From Dehalococcoidia bacterium (GTDB taxonomy: Bacteria > Chloroflexota > Dehalococcoidia > UBA6926), in NCBI GenBank assembly GCA_965214725.1, contig OZ243973.1, forward strand, positions 801,938 through 865,937: a DNA stretch of 64,000 nt. The letters run 5' to 3'. Shown here piece after piece: positions 36,755 through 45,033 of the stretch. The position numbers and the translations under genes are program-made. The notes below the pieces were generated by a model. The model was given only the letters and a program-made list of their open reading frames with translations. It had not been told where the DNA came from and did no database searches. Each line of letters starts with the position of its first letter. Position 1 is the stretch's first letter.

Positions 36755-37108
36755 CTACAACGTCAATTCTGCTTGGATGAGCTCGCCTTTTAGGGGGTCC
36801 ACTTGCAGCGCCAACGCCTCCAGCGTGTAGGCGCCCAACAGCGGCCTCGACTCCTCTGGCCCGAAGATAACGTACGTTGACACGTTCACACCGTTATACG
36901 CGATCATCGCCTCCCCGATGGGCATGTCCAGTTTTCGGCCATCGGCGACGTTGAACGTTCGTGTCTGTGTTGGAGTGATGCCGAGTTCATCCAGCACGAC
37001 TGAGGGCAGGAGCGAGAAGAAGGCTCCGGTATCCACCAGGGCCTCAACATCGCGTGAGTGGGTTCCCTCTCGATTTGAAACCGTTATTCCTACCCGAAAC
37101 GCCCCCAT
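36755..37108 (-). CDS. Retropepsin-like (clan AA) aspartyl protease, paralog 2
   Basis: VEALVDTGAFFSLLP DTG motif; ~45% identical to the 34325..34708 product. Confidence 0.65.
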   Translation of the reverse strand: MGAFRVGITVSNREGTHSRDVEALVDTGAFFSLLPSVVLDELGITPTQTRTFNVADGRKLDMPIGEAMIAYNGVNVSTYVIFGPEESRPLLGAYTLEALALQVDPLKGELIQAELTL

Positions 37109-37186
37109 AGCACAATCGCTCCTTCCATTTCTGTAAGTCAGCCCGGTTGGCCAGTGTAATCGCGGATTAGTATACAGTCCTTCCCA

Positions 37187-37219
37187 GATGGATACCCGCT
37201 TTCGCGGGTATGAGGGGAG
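37187..37219. repeat. REP1-family element (tacccgc variant)
   Basis: gatggatacccgctttcgcgggtatgaggggagg. Confidence 0.8.
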
Positions 37220-37496
37220 GCGGGCATGAGGGAAGATGAGCGAGCGGGCACACCTACCGATTGTCACGGACAGGGTCAAAGCCTCTGAGCGGTTCAGCAC
37301 GCCTAGTCGCAATGCGCAGATAGTGGATTTTGGCCGTCCCCGCAATACCGGAGAGAGACGAGAATGAGGGCAGGCGGCGGCTCCTGTCCTTGACCGCGTC
37401 GGGCGGGACGCCTATCGTACTCGCAGATTGGGTGGCGTGGAGAATCAGAATCATAATGCCGCGCGGCGCGCCCTATCACCGGGGGAGAGGATCACC

Positions 37497-39893
37497 ATGA
37501 CCAATGGCACGCATGACACCGCGTTAGGACACCTGAGAGTCGTCGAATACGGCGAGATGCCGGCTGCGTATGCGGCTGGCTACCTGGCCGGACTCGGCGC
37601 GGACGTAATCAAAGTGGAGCCGCCGGGGGGTGATCCGAACCGTGCGCATGGGCCCTTTGCGGGCGGCATCGTGCACGCCGAGCGCGGCATCCCGTTCCTT
37701 AATGCCAACCTGAACCGGCGCAGCATCGTCCTGGATATCGATGATGCGGACGGGATGGCAACGCTGCAGCAGCTGGTGGAGCGGGCCGATATCTTTGTGG
37801 AATGCACGCCGCCCGGCCACCTCTCCGCACACGGCCTCACGGAGGAACGGCTCCAGGAAGTGAATCCCGGCCTCGTCACCGTTGCCATCACCCCGTTTGG
37901 ACAATCAGGGCCATACAGCCACTTCGCGGCGAATGAGGCCGTCGTCTCTGCCATGTCCGGCGTGATGATGAGCCAGGGGGATGATACGCGGGCGCCCGTT
38001 GTTCTGCCGTGCCAGATCGGCTCGCAGCTGGCGGCCGCCCACGGGGCCTATCTCGCCATCGCTGCCGTGCGGCACCGCCGCATAACGGGGCGGGGACAGC
38101 GCATCGATCTGTCATTGCAGGAGGCGCTCACATATACGGGCGTCAGCGCCATTGCGCGCTACAGCCAACGGAGTGAGATTGTCACGCGGCAGGGAAACAG
38201 CGGCGGTCCGGCGAACATCTATCAGACCAAGGACGGCAAGTACGTCCAGATCGCCATCTTTATGACGGGCCATTGGCGCATTCTGGCCCGCTCCTGGATG
38301 GAGGATGCCGTCCTCTCCGGCGATGACTGGGATTCCTCCCAATTCCGCACCGATAACGAGGACCTCGCGCAGGTCTTGATTCAATCATTCGTTGAACAGT
38401 TCGACCGCGATGAGTTCGTGGAGGAGGCGCAGAAGCGCGGCATCGCCGTCTGCCCCGTCAATACCTTTGAAGACTTTGTGACGGATGAGCATATGCGGCA
38501 GCGCGGCTGGTTCCAACGGGTGACGCACCCGGTGGTGGGTGAGTATGAAACACCGGGCCAGCCGTTCATCATGTCAGAGACACCATGGATACAGCCTCGC
38601 CCCGCCCCACTCCTTGACCAGCATCGCGATGAGGTTCTGAGCGAGATAGCGGCCATTCCGCCGCGTCGTGACGACGCCCCCGCCCCAACCAATGGACGCG
38701 CGCCTGATGCGCCGCTCCTTGAGGGCATCCGCGTCGCGGACATCACACGGGCATTTGCGGGGCCCATCGGCACCATGTTCCTCGGGTTCTATGGCGCTGA
38801 AGTCATCAAGGTTGAGTCAGAGAGCCTTGAGGCGAATCGTGAGCCGTCACGCCCACTCTTCCCGGACATGAACCGCGCAAAGCTGAGCTGCACCATTGAC
38901 CTGCGATCAGACGACGGCAAAGACCTGTTCCGTGATCTTGCCCGCACGAGTGACGTCGTTGTCGATAATTTCAGCGCAACCGTCATGAAACGGCTCGGTC
39001 TCGGCTATGAGGATCTGTCAGCCATCAATCCGGGCATCATCCAGATTGGGATGCCTGGCATGGGGACCACCGGCCCGCTCAATAACTGGGTCACATACGG
39101 CAACAACCTGCAAGCCATCACGGGGCTGTCCCTCCTGTGGGGGCACCCGGACTCCCCAATGCAGAGCCACGCAAAGGGAGTGATTCCGGATTACGTGGGG
39201 GCCGCATTCGTCGCGCTCTCCACACTCGCCGCGCTGGAATACCGGGACAGGACGGGACGCGGACAGCATATCGAGATCGCGCAGGTGGACGGACAAGGGC
39301 AGATGATGGGGACGGCCATCCTCGATTACACCATCAACGGAACCGTCTGGGGCAGCGTGGGGTACGATGAGCCGATAGCCGCTCACTATGCGCCATTCGG
39401 CGCGTATGCCTGCCGCTACCCGGACACCTGGATTGTCATCGCGTGTGAGACGGACGATCAGTGGCGCGCCCTCTCAACGGCCATGGGCGCCCCTCATTGG
39501 GCGGATGACCCTCGCTTTGCCGATGTGGCGGGCCGGCGCGCCAATCGGGACGAGATCGATCATGAGATTGCCGAGTGGACGCAGGCCTTCACGACACATC
39601 AGCTGCTTCACATGCTGCAGCGTGCCGGCGTGCCGGCGGGCGTCGCCATGAACGGAGAAGACCTCTACAACGATCCGCACCTGCGTGAACGTGGGCATGT
39701 GGTGCGAGCCACCCACTCGCCATGGGGACTGCTGTCTCACCAGGGGCTGCCGGGCATCCCGTCACTCTCCACGGCAAGCGCTGCGCGCCCCGCGCCATGG
39801 ATCGGCGCCGATAATGAGTATGTCTTCAAATCAGTGCTGGGCATGGATGATGCGCGCATCGCGGACGGCGTCGCGCGTGGCGTGCTAAGGTGA
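37497..39893 (+). CDS. Tandem-domain (fused) family III CoA-transferase, ~800 aa, with two complete CaiB/BaiF modules
   Basis: Module 1: LRVVEYGEMPAAYAAGYLAGLGADVIKVEPPGGDPNR. Module 2: LEGIRVADITRAFAGPIGTMFLGFYGAEVIKVESE. Each has its own conserved Asp-containing core. The ATG at 37497 follows a GGGGGAGAGG RBS. Confidence 0.75.
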   Translation: MTNGTHDTALGHLRVVEYGEMPAAYAAGYLAGLGADVIKVEPPGGDPNRAHGPFAGGIVHAERGIPFLNANLNRRSIVLDIDDADGMATLQQLVERADIFVECTPPGHLSAHGLTEERLQEVNPGLVTVAITPFGQSGPYSHFAANEAVVSAMSGVMMSQGDDTRAPVVLPCQIGSQLAAAHGAYLAIAAVRHRRITGRGQRIDLSLQEALTYTGVSAIARYSQRSEIVTRQGNSGGPANIYQTKDGKYVQIAIFMTGHWRILARSWMEDAVLSGDDWDSSQFRTDNEDLAQVLIQSFVEQFDRDEFVEEAQKRGIAVCPVNTFEDFVTDEHMRQRGWFQRVTHPVVGEYETPGQPFIMSETPWIQPRPAPLLDQHRDEVLSEIAAIPPRRDDAPAPTNGRAPDAPLLEGIRVADITRAFAGPIGTMFLGFYGAEVIKVESESLEANREPSRPLFPDMNRAKLSCTIDLRSDDGKDLFRDLARTSDVVVDNFSATVMKRLGLGYEDLSAINPGIIQIGMPGMGTTGPLNNWVTYGNNLQAITGLSLLWGHPDSPMQSHAKGVIPDYVGAAFVALSTLAALEYRDRTGRGQHIEIAQVDGQGQMMGTAILDYTINGTVWGSVGYDEPIAAHYAPFGAYACRYPDTWIVIACETDDQWRALSTAMGAPHWADDPRFADVAGRRANRDEIDHEIAEWTQAFTTHQLLHMLQRAGVPAGVAMNGEDLYNDPHLRERGHVVRATHSPWGLLSHQGLPGIPSLSTASAARPAPWIGADNEYVFKSVLGMDDARIADGVARGVLR

Positions 39894-40002
39894 TGGGGAG
39901 AGCAGACACAGCGTTGACGGCCATTCTTGACGGCCTGAACGGGCGGATTGTATAGTCCGTGCTTGAGAAACGCGGCTGAGACGGAACGGCGAGGGAGCAG
40001 AC

Positions 40003-40602
40003 ATACCGAGAGATTATCGCGTCAACCAGCGCATCACCGTGCCGGAGGTGCTTGTCGTCACCGACACAGGAGAGCGCGTTGGAGTGATGCAAACAACAGA
40101 GGCCATTCGTATGGCATTTGACCGGGGGCTTGATTTGGTGGAAGTAGCCCCCGGCGCTCAGCCGCCTGTGTGCCGCATCCTTGATTACGGACGGTATCGT
40201 TACGAACAGTCCAAAAAGGAGCGCGAACTCCGCAAGGGGCAGCACACACAGGAGCTTGGCGAGGTTCGGCTGAGGCCAAAGATCGGCCAACACGATATCG
40301 ATTTCAAGACGCGCACCGTTCGCAAGTTGATCGACGCCGGCGATAAGGTCAAGGTCTCCGTCATCTTTCGGGGCCGGGAGGCCACCCACCCTGAGCTGGC
40401 GATCAATCTGTTGAAGAAGGTGACGGAGCAGGTGGAGGACATCGCAGGGATTGACACGGCGCCGCAGTTGGAGGGACGAGGCATGAGCATGATCCTCGCG
40501 CCCCTCAAGCGCAAGAATGCGGCGGCGCCCAAGCAGACCCCTGAAGATCCGGACCCGATAGAAACCGAAGAGGTAGCCGCAACAGCCGGAACAATCGATT
40601 AA
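40003..40602 (+). CDS. infC: Translation initiation factor IF-3, probably initiating at a non-AUG codon (AUA at 40003 after a GAGGGAG Shine-Dalgarno; alternatives TTG 39964 or GTG 40039)
   Basis: …RVNQRITVPEVLVVTDTGERVGVMQTTEAIRMAFDRGLDLVEVAP… matches the IF-3 N-domain. The conserved residues extend upstream of the first in-frame GTG, which implies an unusual start as in E. coli infC (AUU). Confidence 0.65.
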   Translation: MPRDYRVNQRITVPEVLVVTDTGERVGVMQTTEAIRMAFDRGLDLVEVAPGAQPPVCRILDYGRYRYEQSKKERELRKGQHTQELGEVRLRPKIGQHDIDFKTRTVRKLIDAGDKVKVSVIFRGREATHPELAINLLKKVTEQVEDIAGIDTAPQLEGRGMSMILAPLKRKNAAAPKQTPEDPDPIETEEVAATAGTID

Positions 40603-40673
40603 ACTGAGTAGGCTTCGGCGCGTAACGCCGGGGCTGAACCGGGCACGCTGCGCGGGGATGGATAAAGAACGTT

Positions 40674-40880
40674 ATGGCAAAATACAAGCTCAAGACGCAC
40701 AAGGGAACGCAGAAGCGTATCGGCATGACCGGCTCCGGCAAGCTGACGAAGCGCAAGGGGCATCAGAGCCACCTGCGCCGCCGCAAGCCGAAGGATGTCA
40801 AACGCCTCTACAGCGATGAGATGCCGCTGAGCCCGGCGGACAGGCGGCGCGTGCAGCGCCTGCTCCCGTACGGCCCATAA
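40674..40880 (+). CDS. rpmI: 50S ribosomal protein L35
   Basis: MAKYKLKTHKGTQKRIGMTGSGKLTKRKGHQSHL… is a basic, short L35 pattern; position between infC and rplT. Confidence 0.8.
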   Translation: MAKYKLKTHKGTQKRIGMTGSGKLTKRKGHQSHLRRRKPKDVKRLYSDEMPLSPADRRRVQRLLPYGP

Positions 40881-40925
40881 GGCCCTCGCACTTTCCGCGG
40901 AACAGACGCAGAGAGGAATATCCAC

Positions 40926-41300
40926 ATGACCCGAATCAAGGGCGGGCCGCGAACACGCCGCCGACACAAGGAAGTTATCCACCTCATGAAGGGGCAGTGG
41001 GGCTCCCGACACAAGCTCTTTCGTCGGGCGCAGGAGTCCCTCCTCCATTCTTGGCAGTACGCCTATGAGCACAGGCGAGAGCGCAAGGGCGACTTTCGGC
41101 GCCTGTGGATCACGCGCATCAACGCCGCCGCGCGCCAGAATGGCATCACATACGGGAACCTGATCCACGGCCTCAAACTCGCCAACGTGGCAGTTGACCG
41201 CAAGATGCTCGCTGACCTTGCCGTTCGTGACGGGGCCGCCTTTGCGCGCATCGCAGACGCCGCCAAAGAAGCCCTCGCAGCGGAGCAGGCAGCGGCATAG
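40926..41300 (+). CDS. rplT: 50S ribosomal protein L20
   Basis: MTRIKGGPRTRRRHKEVIHLMKGQWGSRHKLFRRAQE… canonical L20. Confidence 0.9.
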   Translation: MTRIKGGPRTRRRHKEVIHLMKGQWGSRHKLFRRAQESLLHSWQYAYEHRRERKGDFRRLWITRINAAARQNGITYGNLIHGLKLANVAVDRKMLADLAVRDGAAFARIADAAKEALAAEQAAA

Positions 41301-41379
41301 GGATTTCTCGCATGCGTCCTGCCTGACCGCCGCACCTGCCGGCGCCGGTGACAATCGCAACGGCAAAGGATAGCCCGTC

Positions 41380-41955
41380 ATGGCCACAACAACCGCAAGC
41401 GCATCGACCAAGCCTCAGGTCGTCACAGCAGATGACCTGTTGCAGCGTGGCTCCACTGGCCCGCGCGGGGAGCTTATTCGAGGAGTGTTTTGCGAGATGC
41501 CGCCACCGGGACATGAGCATGGAGAAATCATCATGCGCCTTGGCGCTATGCTTCTTGGCGCCGTGACTCAATCCGGACTGGGCAGAGTTTCGGGCGCCGA
41601 CTCCGGCGTCTGGGTTGAGCGGAATCCCGACACGGTGCGGGCGCCGGACGTCTCCTTCTTTTCGGTTGAACGGATGCCGCTTGATGCCGCCATCCCCGGC
41701 TATGCAGAGATTGTGCCGGACCTGGCCGTTGAAGTTGTCTCACCGAATGATCGAGTAACCGAGGTTAATGACAAGGCCCGCATGTGGATCGATGCCGGCG
41801 TCAAACTCGTCTGGGTGGTCTGGCCGCAGTGGCACACCGTTGAGGTTCATCAACCCGACGCAGCAACCATTGAGCTCAGCGGAGATGCCACGCTTGACGG
41901 TCAGGATGTGCTGCCCGGCTTCTCCACGCCCATCAGCGCCATCTTCGCAGCCTGA
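41380..41955 (+). CDS. Uma2 family (DUF820) putative restriction-endonuclease-like protein, tandem copy 1
   Basis: …PDLAVEVVSPNDRVTEVNDKARMWIDAGVKLVWVV… is a typical Uma2/PD-(D/E)xK signature. Confidence 0.75.
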   Translation: MATTTASASTKPQVVTADDLLQRGSTGPRGELIRGVFCEMPPPGHEHGEIIMRLGAMLLGAVTQSGLGRVSGADSGVWVERNPDTVRAPDVSFFSVERMPLDAAIPGYAEIVPDLAVEVVSPNDRVTEVNDKARMWIDAGVKLVWVVWPQWHTVEVHQPDAATIELSGDATLDGQDVLPGFSTPISAIFAA

Positions 41956-41967
41956 GGATAGCCCGTC

Positions 41968-42543
41968 ATGGCCACAACAACCGCAAGCGCATCGACCAAG
42001 CCTCAGGTCGTCACAGCAGATGACCTGCTGCAGCGTGGCTCTACTGGCCCGCGCGGGGAACTTATTCGAGGAGTGTTTTGCGAAATGCCACCAGCGGGAC
42101 TTGAACATGGGCGTGTCGTCGCAAATCTCACAGTGTTGGTCTTGACGGCCGTGAGACAGAATGCACTGGGTACTGTGGCGTCAAATGACCCCGGCGTCTG
42201 GGTGGAGAAAGACCCCGATACCGTGCGGGCGCCGGACGTCGCCTTCTTTTCCACAGAACGTATGGACCCGACCGCAGCTGTCCATGGCTATGCAGAGATT
42301 GTGCCGGACCTGGCCGTTGAAGTTGTCTCACCGAATGATCGCGTAACCGAGGTTAATGACAAGGCCCGTATGTGGATCGATGCCGGCGTCAAACTCGTCT
42401 GGGTGGTGTGGCCGCAGTGGCACACCGTTGAGGTTCATCAACCCGACGCAGCAATCATTGAGCTCAGCGGAGATGCCACGCTTGACGGTCAGGATGTGCT
42501 GCCCGGCTTCTCCACCCCCATCAGCGCCATCTTCGCAGCCTGA
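41968..42543 (+). CDS. Uma2 family (DUF820) protein, tandem copy 2 (identical N- and C-termini to copy 1, divergent central ~70 aa)
   Basis: 588-bp tandem duplication unit including ~10 nt of the 5' leader (gatagcccgtcATG). Terminal thirds are identical; the middle is diverged. Confidence 0.75.
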   Translation: MATTTASASTKPQVVTADDLLQRGSTGPRGELIRGVFCEMPPAGLEHGRVVANLTVLVLTAVRQNALGTVASNDPGVWVEKDPDTVRAPDVAFFSTERMDPTAAVHGYAEIVPDLAVEVVSPNDRVTEVNDKARMWIDAGVKLVWVVWPQWHTVEVHQPDAAIIELSGDATLDGQDVLPGFSTPISAIFAA

Positions 42544-42578
42544 GGCCCCGGCCTCCCCCGCCACTCATGGCGGCTCTC

Positions 42579-43517
42579 CTACCCCTTGAAGACGTGCGTG
42601 TTATGCCACTCAAGGGCGTCCCGATCCGGCCTGTCAATCTCTGATTCAGGGATGAGAATCTCCTGACCGTCGTAGGCATAATATTCTCGCCCATTCTGGA
42701 ATTCCCATCTGATGCTCCCGCTGACTTTGAAGTGATAGTCCGGCGTAACGGTGACGTATCCCTCATCAAAGAGCTTGTGGATGTCCCGACGGAGCAACAA
42801 ACCATTGCTCGGCTCGTGTTCTCCATCCTTGCGGTACGGGCGGATGTGTGCCGCCTCTAAGGCGGGCAGCGTACGTTCCCGAGTAACAGCACACCGACGG
42901 TCATAAAGGTCCGCAACAATCGTTCGGAAACCACCCTGCCCCAGCCTTGGCTTAACGACCTGCGGGGCTCCGTACCTCTCTCGTCCTTCTGCAACAAGAG
43001 TTGCTGCCTCTCGAACTGCCTCGCGAGCTACGCGCTCCTGGAAAGCCCCCCTGAGTGCGCGTTCTATCTCTTGATCCTTTACACTGTCGTACCCCTTGCC
43101 GGTGACAATGTTCGGATGCCAGTCAGGAGGCGGGTCCATCCAGTCAGCCTCATCGAAAAAGAATGGCTGCAAGAGGACTCGGCATACGATCTCCGTGCGT
43201 GGGCCCTTCCACCCGTGTTTCGTGAGTCCCTCAAGAAATTCCTCTGGAGTTTCTGCCCCGTTATTTTCCTCGAAGGATTCCCAAGCAAAAAAGGGCGGGA
43301 GGATGGTTGAATACCGAAAATATGCTCCACCGACAATCTTGTTCCTAGGCGCATGCAACTTGAACAGGAACAGAGCACCCTGTTCAAGAGAACCAAGATT
43401 GTCCTTGCCAGACGGTGACCAAAAATTGACTTCACTTGGCTGGGGTTGGCGCTCTCTCAGCGTCCGAAACCAGTCATAGTCCGTGACCGCGACGACGAGG
43501 TTGATGGGCATGGTCAC
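42579..43517 (-). CDS. HNH endonuclease (HNH_2-type, AHIxPY…NGLLLRxDIHxLFD) with an N-terminal uncharacterised (possibly PUA/EVE-like) domain
   Basis: …CAVTRERTLPALEAAHIRPYRKDGEHEPSNGLLLRRDIHKLFDEGYVTV… is the HNH_2 signature. The N-terminal ~150 aa are unassigned. Confidence 0.6.
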   Translation of the reverse strand: MTMPINLVVAVTDYDWFRTLRERQPQPSEVNFWSPSGKDNLGSLEQGALFLFKLHAPRNKIVGGAYFRYSTILPPFFAWESFEENNGAETPEEFLEGLTKHGWKGPRTEIVCRVLLQPFFFDEADWMDPPPDWHPNIVTGKGYDSVKDQEIERALRGAFQERVAREAVREAATLVAEGRERYGAPQVVKPRLGQGGFRTIVADLYDRRCAVTRERTLPALEAAHIRPYRKDGEHEPSNGLLLRRDIHKLFDEGYVTVTPDYHFKVSGSIRWEFQNGREYYAYDGQEILIPESEIDRPDRDALEWHNTHVFKG

Positions 43518-43611
43518 TCCAGGGTGTCTAGCCGTCTAAACAGTATGGTAGCAGATAATCCCCGCTCATTCCCCTCATCCCCGCCGCGCCTCTCCCACGT
43601 ACAATGGATAT

Positions 43612-44304
43612 GTGGACACACCAACTCTGAGACGCCCCGCCACGGTGATCTGCGCCGCCTTGGTGGTGGCTGCCCTCCTCCTCATCGGTTGTGGCAGCGA
43701 GGATTCACCGGCCGTGACGCCATCCCCCACCACGCCGCCAGCATCAACCGCCACCCCCGTTCCAACTCCAACGTCACCGCCGACACCTGTCGCCCCAGCA
43801 GAGACATCCACCCCCGAGTCGGACGGGCCGCAGGCGCCCGATTTCTCGCTGCCGACAGGCGATGGCGCAACGCACACGCTGGACGGGCTGTTGGCGGGGC
43901 GCGAGGCGCTCGTGTTGGTCTTCTATCGCAGCTACCTTTGAGGCATCTGCCAACAGCAGCTCGTCGAGCTGCAGACCCTGTACCATGAGTTTGAGGGCCG
44001 AAACGTCGGACTCGCCGCCATCAGCACAGACACCCGGACGAATGCGGAGCAGATGCGGGATTTCGCCGCAGCCGAGTTCCCGATCCTCGCGGATACGAGC
44101 GAGGATGTCGCCAAAGAGTACGGTGTGTTCAACCTGTTGGAAGACGGCGTGGCCGCGCCCGCAACGTTCATCATTCAGCCGGACGGCGCCATTGTCTGGT
44201 GGTACATCGGTGTCAACATAGGCGACCGCGTCCCTACCCGGGCGATTTTGGAGGTGCTCGACGCGTTTCTGGAGGGTGGGCCGGTCAGGACAGCGGCCGT
44301 GTAG
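43612..44304 (+). CDS. Candidate selenoprotein: lipoprotein-anchored peroxiredoxin/redoxin-family thiol peroxidase with in-frame UGA (43939-43941) at the first position of the CxxC active site (U-G-I-C)
   Basis: N-terminal lipoprotein signal (LLLIGCGS), a Pro/Thr linker, then …ALVLVFYRSYL-TGA-GICQQQLVELQ…. This aligns to the redoxin motif FYRGxW-C-PxC-xxQL with the TGA at the catalytic Cys. The reading frame stays open after the TGA to 44304 and encodes the rest of a redoxin domain (…FPILADTSEDVAKEYGV…). An 8-bp-stem hairpin with a GUC apical loop starts 12 nt downstream of the UGA (43954-43974), consistent with a bacterial SECIS. Confidence 0.55.
43954..43974 (+). promoter_or_regulatory. bSECIS-like hairpin (cagcagcuc-GUC-gagcugcag) 12 nt downstream of the in-frame UGA
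   Basis: Seen directly in the sequence; the apical loop contains GU, as in characterised bacterial SECIS elements. Confidence 0.45.
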
Positions 44305-44490
44305 GCGGGCGCACACTCATCACACTAGCAAGCAGCAAAAGCCTAATCCTGCCCTTGCTCACGCACCACGGCCTTGCGGGCGCACACTTCACACGCGCAA
44401 GCAGCAAAAGCCTAATCCTGCCCTTGCTCACGCACCGCGGCCTTGCGGGCGCACACTCATCACACTAGCAAACAGCAAAAGCTTAAAATC
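44305..44490. repeat. ~70-bp tandem direct repeat, 2.6 copies, between convergent genes
   Basis: Unit ggcgcacac…gcaagcagcaaaagcctaatcctgcccttgctcacgcaccRcggccttgcg is repeated at 44307, 44378 and 44447 (partial). Confidence 0.8.
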
Positions 44491-44965
44491 CATTCCAGGC
44501 TGGGAGGGTGGCGGCCTGTCTGAACCAGTCCGCGAGCTGCTCCGCATCAAAGTCGCCCTCATACAAGTCGATCCAGCGGGCATCCGGGTCCTTGCCGCCG
44601 CCGGGCGGCACGGGCTCAAGCGAGGCGCCATTCAAGAACGTCACCTTGATGTACCTGGCAAAGACGTGATAACTAGTGAACCACCCATGCTCCTCCGTGC
44701 CATAGAACGGAGAGTTCCACCGCACCGCCTTGCGGACATGCGGGACGCTCGACACGATGAGGTTGTCGAGGCGTCTGCCAACATCACTCTTCCATTCCGG
44801 CATGGCCGCAATATAGGCCTGCACGGGAGCGTCTCCGTCACCCTTCGCGATCTGCGGATTGCCGCCGGAAAGGTAGACAACCCCGTTGGCGGCGGGTTTC
44901 AGGCCGGGCTGCTTGGCTGGGTTCCGCGCCCTGCCCTTCGGCGCCGCTGACGTCTCTTCTGCCAC
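44483..44965 (-). CDS. DUF1801 domain protein (YdhG-like)
   Basis: …VQAYIAAMPEWKSDVGRRLDNLI…NSPFYG…YHVFARYIKVTF matches the DUF1801 pattern. Confidence 0.55.
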   Translation of the reverse strand: MAEETSAAPKGRARNPAKQPGLKPAANGVVYLSGGNPQIAKGDGDAPVQAYIAAMPEWKSDVGRRLDNLIVSSVPHVRKAVRWNSPFYGTEEHGWFTSYHVFARYIKVTFLNGASLEPVPPGGGKDPDARWIDLYEGDFDAEQLADWFRQAATLPAWNGF

Positions 44966-45033
44966 GTCGTCGTTCCCTTCCCGTGCTCTATGGTGGCGCG
45001 GACTGCCTGGCGATGGACGATACGGCGCGGCGG

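Noticed and set aside
43862-44221. ORF 43862..44221 (+) overlapping the peroxiredoxin in another frame
   Set aside because: Ala/Arg/Ser-rich nonsense translation. The in-frame continuation after the TGA (43942-44304) is the one with redoxin homology.
44276-44950. ORF 44276..44950 (+), 224 aa
   Set aside because: It is the translation of the 70-bp tandem repeat plus the antisense strand of the DUF1801 gene. Repetitive, non-protein-like.
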